In this document: one piece after another, positions 43,064 through 53,836 of the stretch
Layout of the letters: each line of letters opens with the position of its first letter
Numbering within the stretch: position 1 is the stretch's first letter
DNA from: an uncultured Bacteroidales bacterium
GTDB taxonomy: Bacteria > Bacteroidota > Bacteroidia > Bacteroidales > WCHB1-69
Reading direction: 5' to 3'
Assembly: GCA_900317715.1 (NCBI GenBank)
Contig: ONHS01000004.1
Location: 18,481-82,480, forward strand
Length of the DNA stretch: 64,000 bases
Notes under the pieces: model-generated
Database searches by the model: none
The model's input: the letters and a program-made list of their open reading frames with translations, nothing else
What the model was told of the DNA's origin: nothing
Translations under genes and position numbers: made by a program

Positions 43064-44644
43064 ATGGAACCCGATCGCAAATACCCCGTTGGCATTCAGA
43101 CCTTCTCCCGCCTCCGCGAAGAAGGCTATCTTTATATTGACAAAACAGACTTGATTTGGAAGATGACCAAGGAGAGTCCCTTTGTCTTCCTCAGCCGTCC
43201 GCGCAGGTTCGGAAAATCGCTGCTGACCACTACCTTGGACGCATACTTCAAGGGGCAGAAAGAACTTTTCGAGGGGTTGAAAATCATGGATCTGGAAACG
43301 GAGTGGGTTTCATATCCCGTGCTCCATTTCGATTTGAGCGGTGCCAAGCATCTGCCCGTCGAACAGGTCAAAGCGGAGTTGGTGAGACAACTCGCCATCC
43401 TGGAGAAGGACTACGGTAGAGACGAGACGGAGGTCTCCCCGGGCATGAGACTGGCTGGTCTGATCCAGCGATCCTTTCAGAAGTCCGGTCGCCAGGCAGT
43501 GGTCGTCATTGACGAATACGACGCTCCGCTGTTGGATGTGCTTCACGACCCGGAACGGTTAGAAGCGGCCCGCGAAGTGATGCAAGAGTTTTACCAACGA
43601 CTGAAAATGTGCGAGGGGATGATCCGCTTCTGCTTCATCACCGGCATCACCAAATTCTCGCAGCTGAGCATCTTCTCCACCATCAACAACCTTACCAATA
43701 TCTCGATGGACTCCAAGTACGCCGCCATTTGCGGTATCACGGAGGAGGAGTTCGTCACCCAGATGGCTCCCGACATCGCCATGCTGGCCAGGGAGTACGA
43801 GTGCACCCCTGAAGAGATGCATGCCAAGTTGAAACGGCAATACGACGGTTATCGTTTTGCCAAGATGTCCCCCGATGTCTATAATCCCTTCAGCCTGTTG
43901 AAATGTTTCAATCAAAGGGATATCGCCAACTACTGGTTCGACAGTGGCACTCCAACCTTCCTCATACGTCAGATGCAGCATTTCCGCACCGACATCACCT
44001 CCATGGATCACATTGAAGCGTCAGCATCTTCCTTTGACAGACCCACAGAGGCCATGACCACTGCTCTCCCGCTGCTTTACCAAAGCGGCTATCTCACCAT
44101 CAAGGATTATGACCGGAGATCCAACTCCTACATTCTCGCCATTCCCAACAACGAAGTGCGTGTGGGACTTACCGACGGTCTGATTCCGAGCTATACGGGA
44201 CTGGATGGCAGTAGTGTTCAAGATGGATTCGCCCTCAAGTTTTGGAGGGCGTTAGACAGGAATGACATCCATGCTGCCATGCAGGAGATGAAAGCGTTTC
44301 TTGCTGGCATCCCATACGTGGAGGGTTTCAAGGAAAAGCTGAAGGAGGTGAAAAACTACGAGGGCTTCTATGAATATACCTTCTGGCTGATATTCAACAT
44401 GCTGAATCTCTATGCCCGTACCCAAGTGAAGTGCGCGGGCGGCAGAATTGACTTTGTGGTCTGGATGCCCGACACCACCTACGTCTTCGAGCTGAAGGTG
44501 AACGGCACCGCGCAGGAGGCCATGGATCAGATCAACAGCAAAGGCTATTTCCTGCCTTACGAGACCGAAGGCTGCACCGTCGTCAAAGTCGGTGTGCAGT
44601 TCGACAGGGAGACGATGACGGTGGGCGAGTATTTGGTTGGTTAG
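43064..44644 (+). CDS. AAA-ATPase-like domain protein with C-terminal PD-(D/E)XK nuclease domain (DUF1703 type)
   Basis: Start at ATG 43064 after the -7 box at 43036-43043. YPVGIQTFSRLREEGYLYIDKT, Walker-A-like SRPRRFGKS, VVVIDEYDAPL. C-terminal GGRIDFVVWMPDTTYVFELKV nuclease core. Confidence 0.85.
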   Translation: MEPDRKYPVGIQTFSRLREEGYLYIDKTDLIWKMTKESPFVFLSRPRRFGKSLLTTTLDAYFKGQKELFEGLKIMDLETEWVSYPVLHFDLSGAKHLPVEQVKAELVRQLAILEKDYGRDETEVSPGMRLAGLIQRSFQKSGRQAVVVIDEYDAPLLDVLHDPERLEAAREVMQEFYQRLKMCEGMIRFCFITGITKFSQLSIFSTINNLTNISMDSKYAAICGITEEEFVTQMAPDIAMLAREYECTPEEMHAKLKRQYDGYRFAKMSPDVYNPFSLLKCFNQRDIANYWFDSGTPTFLIRQMQHFRTDITSMDHIEASASSFDRPTEAMTTALPLLYQSGYLTIKDYDRRSNSYILAIPNNEVRVGLTDGLIPSYTGLDGSSVQDGFALKFWRALDRNDIHAAMQEMKAFLAGIPYVEGFKEKLKEVKNYEGFYEYTFWLIFNMLNLYARTQVKCAGGRIDFVVWMPDTTYVFELKVNGTAQEAMDQINSKGYFLPYETEGCTVVKVGVQFDRETMTVGEYLVG

Positions 44645-44736
44645 GAGGCAACCCATAATAAACTTCAGCTGCCTGACGTTATTCGCGGTATAAAAACCGC
44701 CATTATGTCCAAAACCACCTCTGTTTTTCTTGCTAT

Positions 44737-44790
44737 GTGGACGAATACGACAAGCCACTGCTGGAAACCAAGGCGTCTTTCTCGTTTTAG
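44737..44790 (+). pseudogene. short remnant of another AAA-ATPase-like paralog
   Basis: Own translation VDEYDKPLLETKASFSF* matches the Walker-B block (IDEYDAPLLD) of the adjacent gene. No ORF body surrounds it. Confidence 0.4.
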
Positions 44791-44912
44791 TCTTCTTTTG
44801 GAATATGCCCATCCTGTCACGTAAGGCCGCTTCGTAACTTTCAGTAATTTCACTACGCTTTTGTTTTTTTTCGGCATGGGTGAACAGCGCACCATGACGA
44901 GTGGAAGGTGCG

Positions 44913-47444
44913 CTAAAACTCCACCATGAACTTCACGTTGATCAGTCGTCCCGTGAGGTAGGTGGGGATGGGACGCTGGTAGTTGTGGATGTCGGTAATC
45001 CACATGTATGACGACACGTTGTTGGTGCCCAGCAGGTTGAAGACTTCCACGTAGATGCCGGCGTTGCGGATGGTGCGCAGGAATTCTGATTTGTGCTTCA
45101 TGCGGTCGCGACTCTGCTCCAATAACATGAACGAAAGGCCCAAATCCACGCGACGGTACCAGGTGGAACGGAATACGCGCATGGCCGGCTCTGAGTTGGG
45201 CGGGCCGAACGGCAAACCGCTGGCAAACACAAAGTTAAGGTGCACGCGGAACTGCGGGAAACTCGGAATGTGGTCTTGGAAGAAGAGGTTGAAGGAGACC
45301 CGCTGGTCGGTGGGACGCGGAATATAACCCACCTCCACCTCGTTGCCGTTGGCATCGACGGTGTAGTCCCCGATGACATCCTCCATGGTCTTCATGATGG
45401 ATACGGAAAACCACGACTCCAGTCCGCGCACAAACTCGCCGCTGATGCGCATGTCCAAACCTGCCGCATACCCCTTCGCATTGTTATATCCGCTGTAAAT
45501 GATCTGCACGTTGTTCACGTTGTAGGTGATCAGGTTGGAGAGGTGCTTGTAATAAGCTTCCGCAATGAACTTGAATGGTCGTCTCCACAGCGTGAAACGG
45601 TATTCGCTGCCTAACACCACCTGCGCAGAACGCTGCGATTTGATATCGGGGTTAAGCGTGCCGTCGGGATAGCGCATCTCACGATAGAAAGCCGGCTGGT
45701 AGTAAAGACCGGTACGGAGGCTGAACTGCCAATCGTGCTTCCAACGAGGCTTGTAGATGAACGCCAGGCGCGGGGAAACGGTGAACTCCTTCGGGTTGTA
45801 GGTCCAGAAATGGAAACGCACACCGCCCGTGAGCGAGAAACGGTTCAGACTGTCGCCGTCAATCATCCAAGTGTCTTGGATGTAGCCGGTGTAACGGAAG
45901 GTGTTCAAGGTGTTGTAGGATTTCAGATAGTTGTTCTCGCCAAAGGAGAGCTGTCGTGCGGTGTCGCCAAAAACAACGATTTCGCCGGGTGTGGTGGGAA
46001 TCATAGGTAGCGTATAGCCCGATGAGTCAATCATGATCCACTCGGTAATACGATCTTGTATGTACTCGTTTTGCACTTTCACACCCCATTCCAGCTTGTT
46101 GTTCGCGGGTAGATGGTGCACGCCTTGCAGGTCGGCCGCAGTGACCACGGAAGTGAGGTGGTTTCGCGCATGTTCGAGGTAAGAACCGTAACCTAAAGCA
46201 TCTCCTTCCTCCACAGTGCCGTCGCCGCCCAAACGGATTTCGTTCAGCCAATATTGCGCCAAAATATCGTAAGTCTCACTCTCTTTGGCATAATAAGAGG
46301 AAATAATCAGGCGGTAAAGGTTGTTTGGGTCTTCTTGGTAGGTGAAAGTCAGACCGCCGAGATAGTTTTGGTAACGGTCCACCTCCTGACCTTCGTAAAA
46401 AGCACGCAAGCGCTGGGATTGTTCTAAGGTGCCGAAATTCTTGCTCACACTGTCAGGCTGGAAAAGGTAGTAATTGTGGGAGAAGATACCGAGCAGGCTG
46501 ACACTCCACTTAGGGTTGATTTTCCAATTTAGCAGCATTTGCGCGTCAAAGAAGCGCGGTTTATAGTTGCCCGAGGTCTCCAAAGAGTTCAGCAAGTAGG
46601 CGTTGGATTTGAAACGGAGACCCACCAAGAAGGAGAAGTGGTCGGTCTTGCCTTCCGCATGGGCTGTAGCGCCCAACAAGCTGGCCGATACGGAACCCCC
46701 GAATCGGGTGGGCTCGCGGTAGGTGACATCCAGCACGGACGACATCTTGTCGCCATATTTCGCATCGAAACCGCCGGCGGAGAACATCACGTTGCCCGTC
46801 AAGTCGCTGTTGATGAAGCTCAGACCTTCCTGTTGTGCGTTGCGCACCAAGAAGGGACGGTAAATCTGTATTCCGTTGACAAACACCAGGTTCTCGTCGA
46901 AGTTGCCGCCGCGCACGTTGTACTGTGAACTCAGCTCGTTGGAGGAAGAGGTGCCGGGCAACATCTTGATGAGCGATTCCACGCTGCCGGTAGGCGAGGG
47001 GAGCTGGAACGTCAGTTTGGGGTTCACCTGGATGTAGCCGTTGTCGACAGCGCCTTGGATGTTGACGGCCTCCAAACGCTCTCCTGTGATCGGCAACGTA
47101 AGGTTAACCGTGCGAACCTCCTTGGCGTTCAGCTTGATGGTGATCAGCGTGTCGTGGTGACTTATATGCTGATAAAACAGCTGGATATCACGTCCTGACG
47201 GCACGGAAAGACTGTATTGGCCGTACTCGTTCGTGATGGTCTGCTGCTCGAAATTGATTCCCCTGACAATGACGTTCTCGACGGGATCACCGAATTCATT
47301 GGAAATAACTCCCTTGACAGTAGCGTTTTGCGCAAAAGCAGCCACTGTCGTCAGCAATAATAATGTAATATATATAAGATGTTTCAAACTATCTGAACTT
47401 GAATATGTATTACGTATTATTGTCGGAATTATTGTGCTTAACAA
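44913..47444 (-). CDS. TonB-dependent receptor with CarboxypepD_reg domain
   Basis: 843 aa. NATVKGVISNEFGDPVENVIVRG N-domain, plug, 22-strand-type barrel ending ...NVKFMVEF. There is no ATG start: candidates are TTG 47444 or TTG 47387, and the latter gives MKHLIYITLLLLTTVAAFAQ. The start is therefore uncertain. Confidence 0.85.
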   Translation of the reverse strand: MLSTIIPTIIRNTYSSSDSLKHLIYITLLLLTTVAAFAQNATVKGVISNEFGDPVENVIVRGINFEQQTITNEYGQYSLSVPSGRDIQLFYQHISHHDTLITIKLNAKEVRTVNLTLPITGERLEAVNIQGAVDNGYIQVNPKLTFQLPSPTGSVESLIKMLPGTSSSNELSSQYNVRGGNFDENLVFVNGIQIYRPFLVRNAQQEGLSFINSDLTGNVMFSAGGFDAKYGDKMSSVLDVTYREPTRFGGSVSASLLGATAHAEGKTDHFSFLVGLRFKSNAYLLNSLETSGNYKPRFFDAQMLLNWKINPKWSVSLLGIFSHNYYLFQPDSVSKNFGTLEQSQRLRAFYEGQEVDRYQNYLGGLTFTYQEDPNNLYRLIISSYYAKESETYDILAQYWLNEIRLGGDGTVEEGDALGYGSYLEHARNHLTSVVTAADLQGVHHLPANNKLEWGVKVQNEYIQDRITEWIMIDSSGYTLPMIPTTPGEIVVFGDTARQLSFGENNYLKSYNTLNTFRYTGYIQDTWMIDGDSLNRFSLTGGVRFHFWTYNPKEFTVSPRLAFIYKPRWKHDWQFSLRTGLYYQPAFYREMRYPDGTLNPDIKSQRSAQVVLGSEYRFTLWRRPFKFIAEAYYKHLSNLITYNVNNVQIIYSGYNNAKGYAAGLDMRISGEFVRGLESWFSVSIMKTMEDVIGDYTVDANGNEVEVGYIPRPTDQRVSFNLFFQDHIPSFPQFRVHLNFVFASGLPFGPPNSEPAMRVFRSTWYRRVDLGLSFMLLEQSRDRMKHKSEFLRTIRNAGIYVEVFNLLGTNNVSSYMWITDIHNYQRPIPTYLTGRLINVKFMVEF

Positions 47445-47479
47445 AAAAAAACTGCTGTTTTTGCAGCAGTCCTTTTTTT
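47442..47479 (-). terminator. terminator after rpmB (bidirectional type)
   Basis: A9, ACTGCTG-tttttg-CAGCAGT, cc, then T7. Confidence 0.75.
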
Positions 47480-47499
47480 GTCCTTAAGTCAGGAAAAGA

Positions 47500-47733
47500 T
47501 TATAAGATACCCTTTTCGCTGGCTTCGATCAGGCATTGATAAATACCTTTTTTGTTGATATTGCGCATGCCGTGCGCAGACACCTTCAAATAAATCCATT
47601 CATCCAATTCAGGAACATAGAATTTTTTGGTGTGCAAATTGGGGTTGAATTTTCTCTTGGTTTTGATGTTGGAGTGAGAAACGTTATTGCCCACAATCGC
47701 TTTTTTCCCAGTAATTTCGCAAACTCTTGACAT
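47500..47733 (-). CDS. rpmB: 50S ribosomal protein L28
   Basis: 77 aa. [33 protein letters not shown] is the L28 signature. Confidence 0.95.
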   Translation of the reverse strand: MSRVCEITGKKAIVGNNVSHSNIKTKRKFNPNLHTKKFYVPELDEWIYLKVSAHGMRNINKKGIYQCLIEASEKGIL

Positions 47734-47779
47734 TTTTTATCCTTTCTTTATTATATTTCTACTTGATTTTTTCGAGCGG

Positions 47780-47787
47780 CAAAAATA
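47780..47787 (-). promoter_or_regulatory. -7 box TAttTTTG for rpmB
   Basis: The reverse complement of caaaaata matches. Lies 47 nt upstream of ATG 47733. Confidence 0.6.
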
Positions 47788-47897
47788 CACTTTTTTTTGA
47801 TATAACCACTATAAAATTATCACCAATAATATGTTAATTTGTTGAAACGCATTGTTTTCCCCATTCAAGCGGATTTTCGCCAGCTATCCAGGCCTGA

Positions 47898-49211
47898 TTA
47901 ATAGTTGGAGTACGCAATTTCCAGTCTCAATCGGGTGGGGGAGTTCGGGTCTGTTCCGTCGAAAATGAGACGGTTTGGACGAACGGCAGATCCACGCACC
48001 ACAAGATTGATGTAGTTGCTCCAATCGCCCTGATTCAAGATAAGCTGCTGCACATAGCTCGTGATACGGAAACGGTACTCGTGGGTTTTACTGTTATAGC
48101 TGCCGCCAAAGTAGGATGAGCTGGTGTAGTAGTCGTCATCGGGCAGGAATCGGATGGCACCGTCGGATTTGCGCACGCCTTGGATGGTCAGCAAGCTAGG
48201 CTGTATCAAATACACTTCGTTGGGCGCCACATTGGTGATGACCAGTTCGGCACTGTGAATGACGATGCGATCGCTGTATTGATCGAAGGTGCTTTCCAGA
48301 TAGGGGAACGTGATGCGAGTCTTCACACCGCCGCCACCTTGCAGAAAGAGTATGTCTTCACCAAAATCCTTATTACCTTGAAGCACTTCTTGAACGAAAG
48401 AAACATCCGTAGAAGCAGAATAGTTATGGTCTAAATGGGTGAAACGGGCGCATTCTTCGGTGCAAGGGAAGGTATAACGTTTGTTATTCTCATTATCATT
48501 ATGATAATATACGGTCAATCCGGTGAGAGAGCTGTTCATGTTGGTGGTCAGCATGTAACCGCAGCTGCCGGTGTGTGAAGTGGCTTCGATGTATAACCCT
48601 TTGAGGAAACTGTTGAAATCGCTATTGATTTCATCTTGACGATTCAGCAGGTCTTGTCCAAATGATTGGGAGAGACGGATACGCAAATGCGCGTTGATTA
48701 ACGCGGTATCGACTACGATGGGCGTATTGGGACGCAGATTATAGCCCGTGAGACTATAATTCAATACGTTGGGGTCGTATTCTACTGTACTGGTTTGGTA
48801 ATATTGATCTGTGGTGCTCAGATCTTCTGTCAGCTTGTGCACTCTGATGCCCACATATGAGTTGGTATCTCCGTAATAGCCGGATATTTGCAAGGTAAGT
48901 ACGATTGAGTCGATGACGGGGTTGCTGCCAAAGTTGACAGTAGAGCCTGACAGCGAGAGTTGCGTGTAGATGCCTGCGCTGCTGTGACCGAATACGGGGT
49001 CGCTGATGTCCCCTAAAATGTCGGCAGATGATTGGGTGGTGTTAATGGTATCCTCCAACATCGAATAAGCTTCGAGGGTGATGGTATCCATAAAGTAGGT
49101 GCCAACTTTGTTGTCAATCAAGTCCAGTCCGATGGGTGAAGTCTCATTCGTGCAGGCTGTGAACAAGGCGCAGGAGAGCGCCGTTACAATGCAAAGCAGG
49201 ATTCTTTTCAT
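47898..49211 (-). CDS. DUF4270-family lipoprotein
   Basis: 437 aa. Lipobox (LFTAC). The N-terminal IGLDLIDNKVGTYFMDT pattern, and its position downstream of the short glycogen-synthase-like gene, follow an arrangement I recall as common in Bacteroidota. Confidence 0.7.
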   Translation of the reverse strand: MKRILLCIVTALSCALFTACTNETSPIGLDLIDNKVGTYFMDTITLEAYSMLEDTINTTQSSADILGDISDPVFGHSSAGIYTQLSLSGSTVNFGSNPVIDSIVLTLQISGYYGDTNSYVGIRVHKLTEDLSTTDQYYQTSTVEYDPNVLNYSLTGYNLRPNTPIVVDTALINAHLRIRLSQSFGQDLLNRQDEINSDFNSFLKGLYIEATSHTGSCGYMLTTNMNSSLTGLTVYYHNDNENNKRYTFPCTEECARFTHLDHNYSASTDVSFVQEVLQGNKDFGEDILFLQGGGGVKTRITFPYLESTFDQYSDRIVIHSAELVITNVAPNEVYLIQPSLLTIQGVRKSDGAIRFLPDDDYYTSSSYFGGSYNSKTHEYRFRITSYVQQLILNQGDWSNYINLVVRGSAVRPNRLIFDGTDPNSPTRLRLEIAYSNY

Positions 49212-50035
49212 TAGGCTTGTTCTGTTTCTCTGGCGGCTAATAGTTCATCGTAAAATTCGTCGTACATATCCACGTAGTTGTCGTCATCGGGATGTTGCAG
49301 CACGGGTTTGCCGGACTTCTCGACGTAAGTCAGCAGTTTCTTCTTGATGTCTTTTGTAAGGGCGACGCCGTCGGAATAATCGATGGCGGCTTGGACGATT
49401 TGGTCGTAACCGGCCTTGCGGAAGTGTTTGAGTCCCGACGTGGGAATGTTGGTTTGTTTCAGTTTTTTCGCAAAATTGAGCGAGAACTTGTCGGGAAATT
49501 CGTCGGGCAGTATGGAATAGACCACCTGCGTGCCTTGCAACAACGGGTCGTCCTTATAGACGGTCTTCACGAAAAGCGGCACCAGCGCGGAAATCCAGCC
49601 GTGACAATGGATGATGTCCGGATCCCAACCGAGCTTCCTGACGGTTTCAATGACTCCTTTGGCGTAAAAAATAGCGCGGGAATCATTGTCGGGATAGAAT
49701 ACGCCATCCGCATCGTGATATTGCGTCTTCCGTTTGAAAAAGTCTTCGCTATCAATGAAATAGATCTGCATTCTGACGTTTTGCAGCGAGGCCACCTTGA
49801 TAATCAACGGGTGGTCGGTGTCTTCAATGATGATATTTTGTCCGGACAGCCTGATGACCTCGTGCAGCATGTGCTTGTGGTCGTTCACGCAGCCGAATTT
49901 CGGCATGAAAGTGCGGATTTCGTTCTCTCTTTCTTGGATTCCTTGAGGGAGAAAACGGCAAATATTAGCGATGTACCCCTCGGGAAAATAGGGATAAATC
50001 TCTGGTGTGATGAATAAAACCTTCTTCTGAGCCAT
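49211..50035 (-). CDS. glycogen/starch-synthase-like protein (N-terminal catalytic-domain-only type)
   Basis: Start at ATG 50035 (MAQKKVLFITPEIYPY...). DIIHCHGWISALVP motif. About 274 aa, with no C-terminal GT-B half. Confidence 0.7.
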   Translation of the reverse strand: MAQKKVLFITPEIYPYFPEGYIANICRFLPQGIQERENEIRTFMPKFGCVNDHKHMLHEVIRLSGQNIIIEDTDHPLIIKVASLQNVRMQIYFIDSEDFFKRKTQYHDADGVFYPDNDSRAIFYAKGVIETVRKLGWDPDIIHCHGWISALVPLFVKTVYKDDPLLQGTQVVYSILPDEFPDKFSLNFAKKLKQTNIPTSGLKHFRKAGYDQIVQAAIDYSDGVALTKDIKKKLLTYVEKSGKPVLQHPDDDNYVDMYDEFYDELLAARETEQA

Positions 50036-50052
50036 TATAATAAATTTGTCGG

Positions 50053-50060
50053 CAAATATA
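50053..50060 (-). promoter_or_regulatory. -7 box TAtaTTTG for the glycogen-synthase-like/DUF4270 operon
   Basis: The reverse complement of caaatata matches. Lies 18 nt upstream of ATG 50035. Confidence 0.6.
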
Positions 50061-50120
50061 CGTTTTTTTTCGATACAAAAATTTTTTTTTTCAAAGTGGT
50101 ACACCATATCAAAAAAATTG

Positions 50121-50128
50121 TATTTTTG
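50121..50128 (+). promoter_or_regulatory. -7 box TAttTTTG for tRNA-Leu
   Basis: tatttttg, 14 nt before tRNA position 1. Confidence 0.6.
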
Positions 50129-50141
50129 CCGCGTCTTTCAA

Positions 50142-50228
50142 GCCCAGGTGGTGGAATTGGTAGACACGCTACTTTGAGGGGGTAGTGGGAGTACTCCCGT
50201 GCAAGTTCGACTCTTGTCCTGGGCACCA
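50142..50228 (+). tRNA. tRNA-Leu (anticodon GAG), CCA encoded
   Basis: Manual fold: acceptor GCCCAGG/CCTGGGC; anticodon stem CTACT/GGTAG with loop TTGAGGG (GAG); long variable arm GGGAG-TA-CTCCC; T arm GCAAG-TTCGACT-CTTGT; discriminator A plus CCA. Confidence 0.9.
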
Positions 50229-50230
50229 CA

Positions 50231-50261
50231 AAAAATCCGACCATTCGGTCGGATTTTTTTA
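50231..50261 (+). terminator. terminator after tRNA-Leu
   Basis: AATCCGACC-attc-GGTCGGATT followed by T7. Confidence 0.85.
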
Positions 50262-50264
50262 TTT

Positions 50265-50283
50265 CCACACTGCGCTTCGCTTC
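50265..50283. repeat. REP-like element, half copy (inverted orientation)
   Basis: ccacactgcgcttcgctt is identical over 18 nt to the reverse complement of 11094-11111. Confidence 0.65.
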
Positions 50284-50381
50284 TATAGAGTTTATTGCGC
50301 TTCACACATTTTGTCTCTTCAATACTACTTAAGGAATTGTATTCCAATAAGTTTTAATCATTGACGGATGTACTACCCCAA

Positions 50382-50416
50382 CAACTGCTAACTACTAACT
50401 GCTAACTTCTAACTGA
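50382..50416. repeat. heptanucleotide array (CAACTGC, TAACTAC, TAACTGC, TAACTTC, TAACTGA)
   Basis: Encodes the last codons (..VRS*) and the 3' flank of the minus-strand patB-like gene. Confidence 0.85.
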
Positions 50417-51517
50417 ACAGATTCGTCGCAGTCCCTCCAGCACCGTCTCCCTGTTTGTTCCGATGTTCATCCGCATAAATCCTTCGCCTTCAGGACCGAA
50501 ATCCGTGCCGTTGTTGAGACCGATTTTGGCATCGTAAATCAATTTTCTTTCCAAATCTTTCTGCGAAAGGTGCCATGCGCGGAAATCCATCCACAACAAA
50601 AAGGAGGCCTGCGGGCGCATGAAGGTGATTTCCGGACAGTTTTCTTTCAGGAATTGTTCCGCCGTGTCAATGTTGCCTTGCAGGTATTCGAGCAACTGCT
50701 GCAGCCATTCTTCGCCGTGCGCGAAGGCCGCCTCCGCCGCGTAATAACCGAAAATGTTCCCTAACGACAACTCGTTGTGGTCCAGGAATCCGAAAAATGT
50801 CTTGCGGATTTCTTCATCCGGCACGTAACAGACCGACGAGGCCAATCCCGCCATATTGAAGGTCTTGCTCGGTGCGAAAAAGGTGATGGAGTTGTGCAAC
50901 GCCGCCTCCGACACCGTAGTGAAGGAGGTGTGATGAAACTCGGGGTAGGTGAGGTCGGCATGGATCTCATCCGAAATAACCAACACTTTGTGTTTGAGAC
51001 AAATATCGGCCACCTGCGACAGCTCCTCTTTCGTCCAAACCGTGCCGCCGGGATTGTGGGGATTGCTGAGAATCATCACCTTGCAACCTTGCGCTTTGCG
51101 GTCCAAATCCTCGAAATCGAAGGTGAAGCGACCGTTGTCCGTCTTCAGGGGACTGCTCACGAAGACGCGTCCCGTACGATGCGGCACGTTGATGAAAGGG
51201 GGATACACCGGCGTGGTGATCAGCACCTTATCGCCAGGGACGGTAAACGTTTGCAGCACAAAGGCAATGCCCTGCACGATACCCGGAATGAAGTGCATCT
51301 TGTTCCATTTCGTTGCGATTCCGTATCGTTTCTGAAACCAGTTCAATACGGCCATCTTGTAGCTGTCGGGCGCAAACGTATAACCCAGCACCTCATGGTC
51401 GCAACGCTTCCGTATCGCATCCAGAATGAAATCCGGCGTTTTGAAATCCATATCTGCCACCCACATCGGCAGCAAATCCTCCGTCCCGAAAACCTCACGG
51501 GTCATGTCGTGCTTCAC
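50402..51517 (-). CDS. PLP-dependent C-S lyase / aminotransferase (MalY/PatB family)
   Basis: CVKHDMTREVFGTEDLLPMWVADMDF aligns with the PatB SVKWD...LPMWVADMDF block, and a PLP-enzyme body follows. The ORF as given starts at GTG. The conserved first 8 codons (MNYDFNTI) lie out of frame upstream (see findings). Confidence 0.8.
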   Translation of the reverse strand: MKHDMTREVFGTEDLLPMWVADMDFKTPDFILDAIRKRCDHEVLGYTFAPDSYKMAVLNWFQKRYGIATKWNKMHFIPGIVQGIAFVLQTFTVPGDKVLITTPVYPPFINVPHRTGRVFVSSPLKTDNGRFTFDFEDLDRKAQGCKVMILSNPHNPGGTVWTKEELSQVADICLKHKVLVISDEIHADLTYPEFHHTSFTTVSEAALHNSITFFAPSKTFNMAGLASSVCYVPDEEIRKTFFGFLDHNELSLGNIFGYYAAEAAFAHGEEWLQQLLEYLQGNIDTAEQFLKENCPEITFMRPQASFLLWMDFRAWHLSQKDLERKLIYDAKIGLNNGTDFGPEGEGFMRMNIGTNRETVLEGLRRICSVRS

Positions 51518-51550
51518 GCAGCGGGGATGGTGTTGAAATCGTAGTTCATA

Positions 51551-51596
51551 ATGATGAATGATGAATGATGAATGAATGATGAATTATGAATGATTA
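51551..51596. repeat. heptanucleotide array (ATGATGA x3, 4-nt phase slip, ATGATGA, ATTATGA, ATGATTA)
   Basis: Left flank of the four-helix-bundle gene. It is the inverted complement of the array at 52053-52094. Confidence 0.9.
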
Positions 51597-51660
51597 TTTT
51601 TAATACAATAATAGGGGTTGTTCGTTGAGGATTGTATGTTTAACAAAATATATTTCTATT

Positions 51661-52603
<943 letters not shown>

Positions 52604-52607
<4 letters not shown>

Positions 52608-53836
52608 TCTTCTTCGGGGTCAAAAATGAGGGTGGAAAATCGGGAAAGGTCGAATATCTCGTTCGCTACTTCGATAAGCTGGTCTGCGGTGATATTTTCG
52701 ATGGTTTGGATGTCCTCGTCCATGTCGGAAACCTCGTCGTAGAAGAGCGCCAAGTGACCTGCGGCAAGCAGTTCGTTGAGCTTGCTCTCCTGGGAGAGCG
52801 CCAACTGTCCAAGATACTGTTTTTTAGCGTAATAGAGCTGCATGGAGCCCAGTTTCTGACGTTTCAGCTTCTCGATTTCGCGATACACGAGGTTCAGGCA
52901 GTGGTCGCGTTCGTGCGCGTCGCACCCGAAATAGACGCTGAAGAGCCCGCAGTCGGAGAAGGCGTTGAAGTAGGATTCCACGGTGTAGGCCAGTCCCATC
53001 TTCTCGCGCACGCTCATGTTGAGTCGCGTGTTCTGTCCCTGACCTCCTAAGATGTTGTTTAACAGCATGAAAGGAATGCGTTTCGGGTCGCGGATGTCGT
53101 AGGCAAGGGTGCCCGTGACCACGTTGGTCTGCGAGGTGCTTTTGCGCACATTGCGCGTCTGTGGCTGGAAACTCGTGAAAGGTTTCCGGCGACGGGTGCC
53201 TTCCGTTAACTTGCTGCTCCCGAAGTACTTGTCGCACAATCGCACTAACTTTTCGGTGGAGATATTTCCCACGGAAGCCAACACCACATTCTCTAACGTG
53301 TAATTCTTCGAGATGAAGTCCATAACATCTTCACGGTGAATATCTTGCACACTCTCTTTCGTGCCCAATACAATCTTGCCCATGTCATGTTGATGGAATA
53401 CCAAAGATTCAAAATCGTCAAAAATCAGCTCCGACGGACTGTCATTATAATAGTTGATTTCCTCGAAAATGACGGTTTTCTCCTTCTCAATCTCCTTTTT
53501 CGGGAAGGTGGCGTGGTAGAAGATGTCCGCGAGGAGTTCCACCGCGCGGGGATAATCGGGCGATAGGAAGGAGGCGTAGAAGTCGGTTTCCTCTTTGGAG
53601 GTGCTGGCGTTCAGGTCGCCGCCGACGCTCTCCATACGGTTGATGACGCGGTAGGCGTTGCGCTTTTCCGTCCCTTTGAAGATCGTATGTTCCACAAAAT
53701 GAGCCAAGCCCGGATGTGCTTCGGGCTCGTCACGCGTACCGGCATCGATGAGGATGCCGAAATGGGAAATGGGCGACGCGGTGGGGATGTGCAGCAGCCT
53801 AAGACCGTTTTGCAGTCTTATAACACGGTGCGACAT
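52604..53836 (-). CDS. M16-family zinc peptidase (insulinase-like)
   Basis: 410 aa. HxxEH zinc motif ([14 protein letters not shown]). 4-nt overlap with the recR start. Confidence 0.9.

Noticed and set aside
47445-47499. Absence of rpmG (L33) downstream of rpmB as a possible rearrangement
   Set aside because: rpmB is followed by its own strong terminator. Gene order for L28/L33 varies between lineages, and the rest of the genome cannot be inspected from here.
50229-50401. Integration of a mobile element at tRNA-Leu
   Set aside because: I saw no integrase, no direct repeat of the tRNA 3' end, and no foreign gene block downstream. Only a terminator and REP-like fragments are present.
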